A stretch of DNA of 64,000 nucleotides. Origin: Mustelus asterias. Lineage: Eukaryota. A model generated the notes under the pieces. That model made no database searches. It had not been told where the DNA came from and saw nothing but the letters and a program-made list of their open reading frames with translations. Location of the stretch: assembly GCF_964213995.1 (NCBI RefSeq), contig NW_027590357.1, positions 62,001 to 126,000 of the forward strand. The letters are read 5' to 3'. Position numbers and translations under genes: made by a program. Shown here in pieces: positions 47,819 to 61,479 of the stretch (positions are counted from its first letter, which is position 1; each line of letters opens with the position of its first letter).

Positions 47819-50800
47819 CTTCCCGTCTCCAGCTGTTCCCACCAGACACAAAAACCGCTGCTGAATCTCCCCCCCCCTCCCCTTCCTGCCAATGCCCTAT
47901 AGATTCCTCTCTCAGCTCAATCCCCCCCGAACCCTTCTCCTGAACCCACTCCCAATCCTTTTAAACCCGCCACCCTCAGTCTCTCACCCCCAAATTCCCC
48001 TCCCCCCAAACCCCTCCTTAATTCCCCACTCCAGAAACCCACTCTAAATCCCTCCACTTCAACGCCTCTAACCCTCCCTGCTGCCCAATCTCTCTCGGCC
48101 CCTCCCCCCGATCCTCTCTGCCCAATCTTCTCCAATCCCACTCTAATCACCCCCCCACTCACTCTCTCTCAGGAACTCACCGCCAAAGCCCTCTGAGCCA
48201 CTCCCAATCCTTCTCAACCCGCTGCCCTCAATCTCCACTAATTCCCCCCCAAAACTCCTCTTTCCCCCACCTGATTCCCTGTCCCTCTGCCCGATCTCCT
48301 TTAATCCGACTCTGTAAGCACCCCCTCCCCCCGCTCAATCTCTCTGACACCCACTGCCAATCTGACTCTCAGCCCCCTGAATCCTCCAAGTTCCTGCCCC
48401 AAATCCTCAGCCCCCCCCCCAAAGGCTCCCTTTGCCCCCCCCCTGCCAAAATCAAGCCACCCAATCCTTCCTCAGTCCTCCCCACCCCTGAATCCCTCTG
48501 AGTCACCCCCCCACTCCGAATCGCTCAACACCCCCCCAATTCTAACCCTGATGCAAGGCCCCACCCTAAATCCCTCTCTGAATTTCCCCCCTCCCAAATC
48601 CCTATAAATCCACCCCGCCCTCAATCCCTTTCCCTCCACCCCGACTCGCCCCCCCTGCTAACTCCCTCTGACTCCCTACCCCATCCAGACCCTCCCCAGA
48701 TTCTAAGCCCCTGAGATTCCTCTGGAATCCCCCCTGAATGTCTCCCGAGATCGCACCCACCCTCGCCACATTCCTCTGCCCCCGAATCCTGCTCCCTCTC
48801 CAATCCCACCCCTTCTATCTGTCTGAGCACCAAACCATGTCTTTTAATCCCCGTAAACCCCCCAATCCCTCCTGTATCCCTCAGAACCCCAGAAATCCCC
48901 CTCTGAGCCCCCTCTTCCCGAATTCCCCCCGATTCCCTCCCTCTCAGCCCCGCTAAATCCCAAAGTCCCCATGAGACCCTTAAATCCCCCTGAATCCCTC
49001 TAATTCCCGACCACAATCCCTGAGTCTCCCCCTACATCCCTCTCCACTCTCCCCCTTTAATCCCCCTCAATCCCCCCCCCACTCCAGCCAAATCTGTCGT
49101 CCCTCCTCACAATCCCTCTAAATCTCCCGATCCTTCCCTCTGAGCCCCGTATCCCTCTAAGTTCCCCTCTTTCCCCCCCCCCGCCCCTCTCAACCTGGCA
49201 AATTCCCACTCCCTCCCTGTGAACAGCCTCTGGACTGACAGATCCCCCCCTTTCTAATTAGTACCCCCCCCCCCCCCTCCGCGCGTCCATCCCCGTCCAC
49301 CACCCCCCTGTAAACAGCTCCTGGTGGAGTTGGATGTGGAAACTCTGCCCATTTTAAACATTAACGTTCAAATGACTAATTCCCTTGACACTGAGCAGCC
49401 TGTGTTATAACATCCCCCACCCCCATCCTGTACAACAGACCCCCTGTCTGATTCCCCCTCCCCTCCTCCATTGCCCCCTTTCTCTGATAACCCCTGACTC
49501 TGGTCAGCCTGTGTTATAATTTTTCCCGCTCTTGTACAACAGCCTCCCCCACCGGCCCCTTCCCTCTCTGTCTAATAGCCCCGGCTCTGAACAAGACACT
49601 GTATTACACACTCCCCCCTTTCAGCAGTGCTGGATCCCTCTGAATTGCCCCTGATTCCCTCCCTCTGCGTTCCTGGGCCTTTGCTGCTTGTGAACAGCAA
49701 ACCCGTGATCTGGCCCGTCCCCCACGAGAGAGCAGAGAGAGAGATATAAGAGACAGAGAAGCAGAGATATAGAGATGGAGATAGAGAGAATGCTGCTGTA
49801 ATTCAGACAGAATGATTCACAGAGAGGGGGAAGCAGAGATCAGGGAGATGGGGAGGATGCGACTGTAATTCAGACTGATTCACACAGGGGGAAGCAGAGA
49901 TCAGAGAGAGGGGGAAGCAGATAGAGGGAAGCGATAGAGAGAGAGATAAGAGACAAAAGTAGAGTTAAAGTTAAAATTTTATTTGTTAATCACAAGTAGG
50001 CTTACATTAACACTGCAATGAAGTTATTGTGAACAGATATAGAGATGGGGAGTGAGAGAGAATGCTGCTGTACTTCAGACAGAATGAGTCACAGAGAGGG
50101 AGCAGAGATAGACAGAGGGGGGAGCAGAGATAGAGAGAGAGAGACGGAGAGGAGGCTGCTGTGATTGAGATAAAATGATCCACAGAGAGAGAGAGGGAGA
50201 TGTCCAGAGAGGCTGAGATACAAAGTGAGATGTGGAGATAAGTAGAAAGTGGGGCTTTGGCAAGACAGAGTGACAACGTTTCAGAGAGAGTGAAAGACAG
50301 AGAGAAGGAGAGAAAAAGGGAAAGATGCTGCCATTGTGAGAGGCTGAGGTATAAAGGATGAGGAGAGACAGGGATTGGAAAGATGTGGAGAAACAGTTCT
50401 GAGGATGGGGGAGTTGCACAGACAGAGCTTCAGGGAGAGGGATTGAAATCTGTGGGATTACATTGGAGCAGGGATCACTGGGAATACCCCCTCCCCCTGA
50501 CACACAGACCACTAACCCTCAGTGTAAAAGCCCCACCAGTCTATCTGTGTATAAAAATGAACGACAAAGACACGGGGACTTTTATTAATATTTTTCTCTC
50601 TGGTTATAGCTCTTGTCCGAGGATTCCTCATGGCAAAACTATTCGCTCTCTGCATCGCCAAAGTTTCCAAAGGAATTCTCCTTGGAAGAGAGAAAGAGAA
50701 AATAAAGTGAAATTTGATTAAACACAAAACAAAAGCTGATTAAAAACAATAAAAGGCACAGCAAGATCCCAGGACTTGCTGAAATTCACAATCTCACTGG

Positions 50801-53800
50801 GGGGGGGTGGGGGAAACATTCATTTTCACCTCATTATTAAACCCTGACAAAATGGGAACACGTTTCAAATGCAATGAACTTCCAACTGCCTCCTGACTGT
50901 CCCGATATTGAATTTATTAAACACGTCAAAGCATTCTGGGGGCTTTACTCCAGAGACAGGCCAGTGAATAAACACAGGAGGCCCCAATGAAGTTCCCACT
51001 TCTATCAGTCACCTCTCCCCCCCCCCCCCTCTGTTTCTCCCTCTCCGTCTCCTACACACTTCCCCCAGATCTATATCTGTCCAATACCCCGTCTCTGGAT
51101 AACCTGTCCTGATCTCTGCTCTGTTTCTCTACCTCGAGGTGAATCTGGATTGAAATGCTCTCTCTAAGTTTCTGTCTGACCGTTTAAAATAAAACTCACA
51201 ATCAAAAGGGAAATGAGAGGGAGGCGGGGGCAGGAAAATCCACAATCCCACCCTGAAGCGGCTGCTTCACATTTTATTGAACCATTGAATTCAGCCACTT
51301 AAACCCTGTTGGGGAATTAAGCGAATGCAAAAGTGCTGCTGAGATTTAGGCCGTGAAGTGCGGCCTAGTCACAGAGGCTGCATTATTCCTCAGGTAGAAA
51401 GAACAAACCCCCCTCTCTCCCACCCCCCAGTTAAACAGAACAATCTTCTCCATCCACACCCACAAATCCCAGCGCCCTGTCTGAAAACACAAGCAGGACT
51501 GTGGGACTGAGAACAAGCCTTTCCCCCAGGCTCAGGAATTTGAATTTCAGCTCCCTCTCCCTCCCGAGTGCTTCACAGTGAGAGGGAGAGAGACTGGGAA
51601 TGCTGCAATCAGGATCCCACAGGGAGTCCCACACTGCAGGAGGACACCCACCTCCCCCTCCACCCCCAGAGCCTCTGTCTCTATCCCCCTACCCCCCTCC
51701 ACTGAGCCCCCGACACTCCCCACCCATTCTCTGTTCCTCTCTCTCTACCCCACCCTCCTTCCTCTCCATCTTTTCATGTTTAAAGTGTGGGGCGCTGTCA
51801 TGGTGCAGGGAATATGGGGCGGGGAGGAGGGCACAGCAAGATCCCACACACACAGTCTGAGCAGGGCCAGATACAAAGTGATTTTTAAGTGAGGATTGGG
51901 CTAAAGTCAGTGGGCAATGAGGGAACCACACTTCTCCCTCGCTCCCCCCCACCCTCCATCTCTCCCCCACCCCAAATAAAAATAATGACAAGTCACTCCA
52001 GGATTGGGGCTGTTTGTATATTCGATATGAACAGGGAACCTTCCACTCCGAGCACAGTCACACCTCTCTCTCCCATTCCCTCTTTCTCTTGCTGTTTCTC
52101 TCTGCCTGTTTCTCTGCCTCTATCTCTGAACCTGTCCAGCCCCCTCTGTGTCTCTTTTGCTTTCCCCCCCAGATCTATATATATATCCAATACCCCATCT
52201 CTGCCCCGGTCTCTCCTACTCTGGATAATCTGTCCTGATCTCTGCTCTGTTTCTCCGTCTGGGGATGAATGGGGATTAAAATGCTCTCTCTGATAAGTTT
52301 CTGTCTGACCGTTTCAAATAATGACATGTTGTGGGCCACGTTTGCTATTTCTCAGTGATTTCCATGGGGAAATGGGGAGGGAAGCTCCTCCTGCAAAGCC
52401 ACATCTCTCTCTCACTGCAATGTGGCAGCAGCCACATTCCAATATCTTTATATTGGGAAAAAATCTATTCAAACACAACAGCACAGATTCAGCCTCAGTC
52501 ACACAGCCGCTGGTTACAAATCCCACCTTCTGGGAGGGTGTGACTGAGGGTCTTTTCCCCAGAGACTGGGGAGCTGGGCTGTGAGTGCAGAGCAGAGGAC
52601 CCCCCCCTAACCCACCCCCCCCTCCAGTGTGTCTCCTCTCCCTGCCCCTCTGCCTTTGATCTCCCTCTGTTACCCTCCCTTTCTCTCTCCCTCCCTGATA
52701 ACTCACAATCAAAGGAGAAAGATGGGAGAGAGAGAGATAGCAGGAAAACCCGCAATCACATCCCCAATCCGATGGATTAAAGCGTCTGCTGCAGGTTTTA
52801 TTTGGCTGCCTTTCTCTCTCTCTCTCTCTCCTTCCCCCCCCTCCCTGTCTTTCTCTGTCTCTGTCTGTCTTTCCCTCCCTCCCTGTCTCTCTCTTTCTCT
52901 CTCTCTGTCTTTCCCTCCCTGAAATTAAATCCAAAAAATTCACATTGGTGTTTTCCTTCACGTTTGATTGAAAGATGAAATATAGACAGGAAAGTCTGGG
53001 GAGAGAGCGAGGGGAGGGGTGCAGAGATTGGTAAGAACGCTGGAGAGACAGAGACGGGGAAATTATGAACCCCCCCCCCCCTATCCAAATAGAAATTCCT
53101 GGGAAAAGAGAGAGGAGAATCTGGAGTCACACAGCACAGAAACAGGCCCTTCGGCCCACCAGGTCTATTCTGGCCATCAAATCCCAATCTGTACTCCCCC
53201 CATTCCCCAGCACTTGCTGCACAGCCTACGATGCCTCGGTGATTGAAGTGCTTTAATTTACGTGACCCCGTTTCCACTTTCTTTCCTTTGAACCCACTTT
53301 GCGGTCCGTGAGCGAGATTTTGTTTAATAAAGTGTAGTCGCTGTTGCAGTGCGAGCAAAGGCCACAGGCCCAGTGTGTGCACAGCAAGATCCCACAACAA
53401 CAGCAGCAGCAGCAACAATGTGAACCTAAATCAGATGGGACACAGTCCTCCCCAACACACCCCCAACACTCTCGCCTGCTGTGAGCCCCCTTCCCCACTC
53501 ACTACCCTGTGTGTGTGTGTATCTGTCTGTGTGTGTGTGTGTATCTGTCTGTGTGTGTGTGTGTCTCATCCCAAATTCCCAGAAAGGGTTGAACTCCCTC
53601 TTAAAACGAAGCCAAACCCTTTTCAAAACACAATCTCTGTGGTGCTCTGGAAGATCCCAGAAGGTGCAGTTCGCTGAGTTGAGTGTGTTTTAATTTGGGA
53701 AATGTTTATACAGAGGGAGAGTGAGGCAGAGAGGGGCTGAGGCTGTGAAATCCACCCCCCCCCCCCCCCCCCCTCGCCCCGGGACCCTCAGATTTGAATC

Positions 53801-56800
53801 ATAACGTGTAGGGCCACACCGGGGCACAGTGGTTGGCGCTGCTGCCTCACAGCTCCAGGGACCCGGGTTCAATTCCCGGCTCGGGTCACTGTGATCCTGT
53901 GTCTCTTCCCCCACCCCCTCACTGCACCCCCACAAACCTCACCTCTTGCTTTCTTTTCCTGTTTTCCCCCTCACTCTCCCCCTCTCTCTCTCCCACTCCC
54001 TCCATCTTTCTCACTCCCTGTCTGCCTTTGTCTCTCTCTCCGTCCATCTTTCTCTCTCTCTCCCTCCCACTCCCTCCATCTTTCTCTGTCTTTCTCTCTC
54101 TCTCCCTCACACTGTTTCTCTCTCTCTTTCTCCCTGCCTGTCTCTCTCTCTCTCTCTCTGTCTTTCCCCCTCTTTCTCTTTCTGTCTCTCTCTTTCTCTC
54201 TCAGAGACTGGGAATGCTGCAATCAGGATCCCACAGGGAGTCCCACACTGCAGGAGGACACCCCCCACCCCCAGAGCCTCTGTCTCTAACCCCTACCCCC
54301 CTCCACTGAGCCCCCCACACTCCCCACCCCTTCTCTGTTCCTCTCTCTACCCCACCCTCCTTCCCCTCCATCTTTTTATGTTTATGGCCCCAATGAAGTT
54401 CCCACTTCTATCAGTCACCTCTCCCCCCCCCCTCTGTTTCTCCCTCTCCGTCTCCTACACACTTCCCCCAGACCTATATCTGTCCAATACCCCGTCTCTG
54501 GATAACCTGTCCTGATCTCTGCTCTGTTTCTCTACCTCGAGGTGAATCTGGATTGAAATGCTCTCTCTAAGTTTCTGTCTGACCGTTTAAAATAAAACTC
54601 ACAATCAAAAGGGAAATGAGAGGGGGGTGGGGGCAGGAAAATCCACAATCCCACCCTGAAGCGGCTGCTTCACATTTTATTGAACCATTGAATTCAGCCA
54701 CTTAAAGGGGAATTAAGCGAATGCAAAAGTGCTGCTGAGATTTAGGCCGTGAAGTGCGGTCTAGTCACAGAGGCTGCATTATTCCTCAGGTAGAAAGAAC
54801 AAACCCCCCTCTCTCCCACCCCCCAGTTAAACAGAACAATCTTCTCCATCCACACCCACAAATCCCAGCGCCCTGTCTAAACACACAAGCAGGACTCTGG
54901 GATTGAGAACAAGCCTTTCCCCCAGGCTCAGGAATTTGAATTTCAGCTCCCTCTCCCTCCCGAGTGCTTCACAGTGAGAGGGAGAGAGACTGGGAATGCT
55001 GCAATCAGGATCCACAGGGAGTCCCACACTGCAGGAGGACACCTCTCCACCCCCAGAGCCTCTGTCTCTATCCCCCTACCCCCCTCCACTGAGCCCCCGA
55101 CACTCCCCACCCATTCTCTGTTCCTCTCTCTCTACCCCACCCTCCTTCCTCTCCATCTTTTCATGTTTAAAGTGTGGGGCGCTGTCACAGTGCAGAGAAT
55201 ATGGGGTGGGGAGGAGGGCACAGCAAGATCCCACACACAGTCTGAGCAGGGCCAGATACAAAGTGATATTTTAAGTGAGGATTGGGCTAAAGTGAGTGGG
55301 CAATGAGGGAACCACACTTCTCCCTCTCTCTCCCTCGCTCCCCCCCCCCTCCATCTCTCCCCCACCCCAAATAAAAATAATGAGTCACTCCAGGATTGGG
55401 GCTGTTTGTACATTCGATATGAACAGGGAACCTTCCACTCCGAGCACAGTCACACCTCTCTCTCCCATTCCCTCTGTCTCTCGCTGTTTCTTTCTCTCTG
55501 CCTGTTTCTCTGCCTCTATCTCTGAACCTGTCCAGCCCCCTCTGTGTCTCTTTTTCTTTCCCCCCAGATCTATATATATATCCAATACCCCATCTCTGCC
55601 CCGGTCTCTCCTACTCTGGATAATCTGTCCTGATCTCTGCTCTGTTTCCCCGTCTGGGGATGAATGGGGATTAAAATGCTCTCTCTGATAAGTTTCTGTC
55701 TGACCGTTTCAAATAATGACGTGTTGTGGGTCACGTTTGCTATTTCTCAGTGATTTCCATGGGGAAATGGGGAGGGAAGCTCCTTCTGCAAAGCTACATC
55801 TCTCTCTCACTGCAATGTGGTAGCAGCCACATTCCAATATCTTTACAACACATCAAATATGAGGAAAATATATTTTCAAACACAACAGCACAGATTCAGC
55901 CTCAGTTACACAGTCGCTGTTTATAAATCCCACCTTCTGGGAGGCTGTGAGTGAGGGTCTTTATCTCAGAGTAAAGTATAAAGTAAAGTTTATTTCTTAG
56001 TCACAAGTAAGGCTTACATTAACACTGCAATGAAGTTACTGTGAAATTCTCCTAGTCGCCACACTCTGGCGCCTGTTAATGCGCCAGAGTGGGTTAATGC
56101 ACCTAACCAGAGACTGGGGAGCTGGCTGGGCTGTGAGTGCACAGCGGAGGCTCCCCCTCCCCCACCCGCTAACCCACTCCCCTCCAATCCCTCTCCTCTC
56201 CCTGCCCCTCTGCCTTTGCTCTCTCTCTCTCTCTCTCTCTGTTACCATCCCTTTCTCTCTCTCTCTCTCTCTCTGTTACCATCCCTTTCTCTCTCTCTCC
56301 CTCCCTGATAACTCTCAATCACGGGAGAAAGATTGAAGAGAAAGAGATATAGCAGGAAAACACACAATCACATCCCAAATCCAATGAAAGGGTTGACCAG
56401 GATGTTGCCTGGTATGGAGGGTATTGGCTGTGAGGAGTGATTGAATAAACTGGGATTGTTCTCCCTGGAAAGACGGAGGCTGAGGGACGACCAGCTGGAA
56501 GTTTATAAAATTACGAGGGGTGTGGCGAGGATGAACAGTTGGGAGCTTTTTCCCAGGACAGAAATGATAATTACAAGGGGAACAAGTTCAAGATAAGGAG
56601 GAAAGGTTGAGTGGAGATGTGCGGGGAAGGTTTTTACACAGAGGGTGGTGGGGGCCTGGAATGCGCTGCCAAGTGAGGTGGTTGAGGCAGATACATTAGT
56701 GACATTTAAGATTTATCTGGATAGACACATGAACAAACGGGGTATAGAGGGTTACAGGCCATTGGTCTCGATAGGGAAACATGATCGGCGCAGGCTTGGA

Positions 56801-59800
56801 GGGCCAAAGGACCTGTTCCTGTGCTGTGCTGTTCTTTGTATTAAAGTGGCTGCTGCAGGTTTTATTCGACCGTCGAGTCCCATCGATTTAAACACAGGCA
56901 CTGTTTGGAAAAGGAGCAAAATGCAAAAGCCTTCCTGAGGTTAGGCCTGGGATTGAGGCCTGGTCACAGAGGCTGCATTATACATCCTGGACAAAGAACA
57001 GGTTCCCCAGGCCCCGGCCAGTCAACCAGAACAATCCCCTCCAGCCCCGAAACCTCCCGGACAGGGCCTGGGAGGAGGGAGGGGGGAAAAGGGAACCTGT
57101 GGTGCCCCCACCCCCTGTCCCCTTCCACCCTCCCCTCACACCGCACGCAGCCCCCATTACAGAATCATAGAATCCTACAGTACAGAAGGAGGCCCATTCG
57201 GCCCATCAGGTCTACAGCGCCCACATTCACATCCAGGCCCCATCCTCATTACTCCATGTGACTTTCTCTCTCTCTCTGTCTCTCTCTCCCTCTCTCTTTG
57301 TGTGACTTTCTCTCTCTCTCTGTCTCTCTCTCCCTCTCTCTTTGTGTGACTGTCTCTCTGTCTCTCCCGATCTCTCTCTCCCTGTCCAATATTGTTATGA
57401 AGCTACATATATAAGGTTAAAGATGTGGTGTTTGACAAATGTAAATATTGAAAAGAAATGCTGAGAAAACCAAAACGAACCATCCAGCGTTGTGTCTTTA
57501 GAAAGCCTGTATCTTTGTGCTGGGGATTTTAAACTGCAGAAAGCAGGCTGCAGAAGACAACTTTACAACATTTGTGTCCAAAGCAGCAGCCAGAGTCCCA
57601 GCAGAGCAAAACAGGCTTTGAATTGGGTGAATGATTTTAAAACAAGCTCTCAAACACACACAACCAATTGCATTCAAATTGGGGCGTTGGTGACAGCCTC
57701 AAGCCACTCAAATTGCAGGAATACTGTGAGGAAATTCTGGGTATTTAAACCCGGGACAGGGGGAAATAACGGGGAGGGAGCGACCTTGCTGCCTCTTTAG
57801 ATTGAAGGAGGGAGAGTCTGATACTGAATCCTGCAGTAATATATACAGCTTCATCACATCACCATCTAAATAGAAGCAGAAACCAACTCAGAAAGTATTC
57901 CAGACCCAAGCAGCAGAAGGAAGTTCACACTTCCAACAGACGCCTGGTATTATATTATTTGAGAGTGACTCTATTCTGTAATGATTTATTTCATTATTCC
58001 TGAGTGAGTCTTGTAATTGGAACAGCATTCTACTGGGGAGTTTATTCAGTTTGTTCATTGTTTTAATAAGGTTGTCACCCAGTCTAAATTAAAGACCTGT
58101 TAGTTGTTCCTGATACAGAGAGTGTCAGATCCTGCTTTAATTTACCAATTCCTCCCACAGCACAAAGCTGTGCGGGTTGGGTGGATTGGCCGTGTTAAAT
58201 TGACCCCAGTGTCAGGGGGATTAGCAGATTAAAAGTGTGGGGTCATGGGAATAGGGCCTGGTTGGGATTGTGGTCGGTACAGACTAGATGGGCCGAATGA
58301 CCTCCTTCTGCACATCTGTCTAAAACCAGTAGCTTCCTCCTGTCTCACACACACTTACTTAAGATTACGAGGTGAGGTGTATCCATTTAGGGGGTTACAA
58401 AATAGCGCAGAGGGAAACATCACCTCAGCGTGGTAACAATATTTATAATCCCACAATCACACACCCACCCTCCCTTAGTCAATGAATGAATGATTCAAAT
58501 GACAATGAAGGTAATTCTGCACAGCAAGATCCCACTGCCAGTCCCCCGATGGAGGAGGACACCCCCAGACTCTGTGTCTCTTTCCCCCTGCCCCTCCTGA
58601 GACCCTCTCACACCCCCCCCCCCCCACACTCTCTCTGTTTAGCTCTCCCTCCATTTCTCTATCTCTCTCTCTGCCTCCTCCGCCTCCCCAACCCTTCTCC
58701 TTCCCCTCAATCTTTCCTGTTTAAAGTTCTGCTCACGGTCACAGTGCGAGGAATAGGGAGCCAGACCCACCTGTGTGCACAGCAAGATCCCACACACACA
58801 ACCTGGTGAGGGCCAGATTAAATAAATGTTGTGGGTGAGGACTGCAGGAGAGTGTGTGGGAAATGGGATCCACTCTCTCTCTCTTCCCAAATTAAATTGG
58901 CAACAATTCACATTGGTGTTTTCTTAAACATTTTATTGAAAGATGAAATATAGACAGGAATGTCTGGGGAGAGAGAGAGGGGAGGGGTGCTGGGATTGGT
59001 AAGAATACTGGAGAGACAGAGACAGGGAAATTCTATACCCACCCCCCCATCCAAATAGAAATTCCTGGGAAAAGAGAGAGAGAAAAGAATCTGGAGTCAC
59101 ACAGCACAGAAACAGGCCCTTCGGCCCACCAGCTCCATGTTGGCCATCAAATCCCAATCTATCCTCCTCCCATTCCCCAGCACTTGCTCCAGAGCCTACG
59201 GTGCCTTGGCGATTAAAGTGCTTGAATTTACCCGACCCCTTTTCAAGCTTTTTCCTTGAACCCACTTTGCGGTCCCTGAGCCAGATTTTGTTTGAAAATA
59301 AAAAGTGTGGTCACTGTTGCAGTGCAGGCAAAGGCCACAGGCCCAGTGTGTGCACAGCAAGATCCCACAGCAGCAGCAGCAATGTGAACCTGAATCAGAT
59401 GGGACACAGTCCTCCCCCCCTCCCCCCCACTCTCTCGCCTGCTGTGACCCCCCTTCCCCACTCACTACCCTGTGTGTGTGTCTGCATCATCCCAAATCTC
59501 CAGAAAGGCTGGAACTCCCTCTTAAAAGTAACCCTTTTTAAAACTAAAATCCCTGTGGTGCACAGCAAGATCCCACAAAGTGCAGTCAGCTGTGTTGAGC
59601 GTTTTTTAAATTTGGGAATTGTTTATACAGAGTGAGGGAGCCAAAGAGGGGCTGAGACAGTGAAATCCCTTTCTCAGGACCCTCAGAATTAAACTGGAGA
59701 CCCTGTCCCTCACTGAAACCCCCCCCTCCCTCTAACAGCCTGTGTCTCTCCCCCTGCATCTAACCCACAACTCCAGCTGTTTCCATCCCTCCCTCTTCCT

Positions 59801-60906
59801 CTCTCTCCCTGCCTCTCTGTTCGAGAAGAGACAGGGAGAGAGAGAACAGGGAGAGAGAGAGACGGGGAGAGACAGAGATAAAGCGAGAGAGACAGATATT
59901 TGATAAGTAATTGTGTATGGTCGCATGATTGAGTGTGGTTTAATTTGGTGATTTTTTTATACAGAGAGGCAGAGAGAGAGGTGAAGTCAGTGACATTCTC
60001 TCCCTGGCACCCTCGCAAGTTCAAAGACACAAAAGCTGCAGACACTCACACACACAAACTGGGTTTGGTAAGTTTCCCAATCTCTGCAGCTTCCCATGTG
60101 GCCCAGGGTTTGAATTGAAATTTAAAAGCAGCTTGGAGAGACTGCAGGATTTTTGAGTTGAGTTTCTCCCCCCCTCACCCTGTAAATATAAAATAGAAAT
60201 TCCTGGATTAAAATATTCCCTTGGACAGAGCAGAGGGAATGTGTGAGTGGTGTGTGTGTGTGTGTCTGAGACCTAGGCTGGATTTGGGAATATCTGCCTG
60301 CTGAAGAGGGTCAGTGAAACCATCCTGGCTGAATATCTCATCGCTAAAGAGTCACAGAGAGAGATATCTGATAAATAAATGTGTTACTGAACCCACTCTG
60401 GATGCTCCCTCTATCTCTGTCTCTCTCACTAACTTCATTGCAGTGTTAATGTAAGCCTTGTGACACTAATAAATAAACTTTAAATCTTTCAACTTTAAAA
60501 ACTCTCTCTTTCTGTCTCTCTCAGTAACTGCAGCGTTAATGTGAGCCTGACTTGTGACAGGAATAAACACACTTTAAACATCCTCTCTGTCTCTTTATCT
60601 CACTGTCTCTTTCTGTCTCTTTATCTATGTCTCTGTCTCTGTGTGTCTCTGCCTCTCTCTGTCTCTCTCAGTAACTTCATTGCAGTGTTAATGTAAGCCT
60701 TACTTGTGACACTAATATATAAACTTCAAAACTTTCAACTTTAAAAACTCTGTCTGTGTGTCTCTGTCTCAATTCAGACACTAGTTCAGTGCCAGGTTGA
60801 GAGGGGGTCAGTATTGAGCAGAATGGGAGGCAGTTTGATACAAAGTTTGCAGAAACTGCAGCGAGTGTTTGTAAACATGTTGGGTTTGTGGAAAGGTCAG
60901 TGTGTA
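47375..60906 (+). repeat. Segmental duplication, copy 2 (with extra internal, more diverged paralogous block ~51.2-54.4 kb)
   Basis: Direct orientation relative to copy 1. The 24.1-25.7 kb block is present twice (about 50980-52560 and 54386-55950). Confidence 0.93.
56390..56840 (+). mobile_element. CR1 LINE fragment (duplicated copy)
   Basis: FTQRVVGAWNALPSEVVEA motif. Confidence 0.88.
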
Positions 60907-61479
60907 ACAAGCTGAGGGAAGGTGTTTCCACTTCACATGTGGCTACTTTTTGGCAATGGGAGTTACCTTTGCATCTACAGGGAGCTCTGAAGCCTCATGG
61001 CTTTCTGCCTGCCTCTGTTTGAACAGTTTAATATGTTTCAGCACTGAGACCTCTGGCCCTTGTTGGGAATATCAGTCTCCCAGAATACCAGTATACCTGA
61101 CTGCCCACCTCCCCCCCCCCAGCCCCCAACCCTGTGTGTGTGTTGTCCCAAGTCTGGAGACTTCCCCACAGTCCCCTGAAAGGTTTAAACTGCCTCTGAG
61201 AAAACACCCTTTTTAAAACAAAATCCCCAGCAAGATCCCACAAGGTGCAGTCAGCTGTGTTGAGTGTTTTGTAATTTGGGAAAAGTTTATACAGAGAGAG
61301 AGAGTGAGGCAGAGAGGGGCTGAGACAGTGAAATCAAACCCCCCGGGACACCCAGAATGAAAATTACACAGCACAAAATCCCAGGATTGCCCCTTTCCAG
61401 GTTTTACTGAGAGATTGTCCAACTAAATATTAATTCCTGGGAAAAAGAGGGAGAGAGAGAGAATAAAGAGAGGCAGATA

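Noticed and set aside
45944-47943. Very long Pro-/Gly-rich ORFs (up to 652 aa), also at 20118-21103
   Set aside because: They arise from the C-run minisatellite and N-runs, and are open in all frames on both strands.
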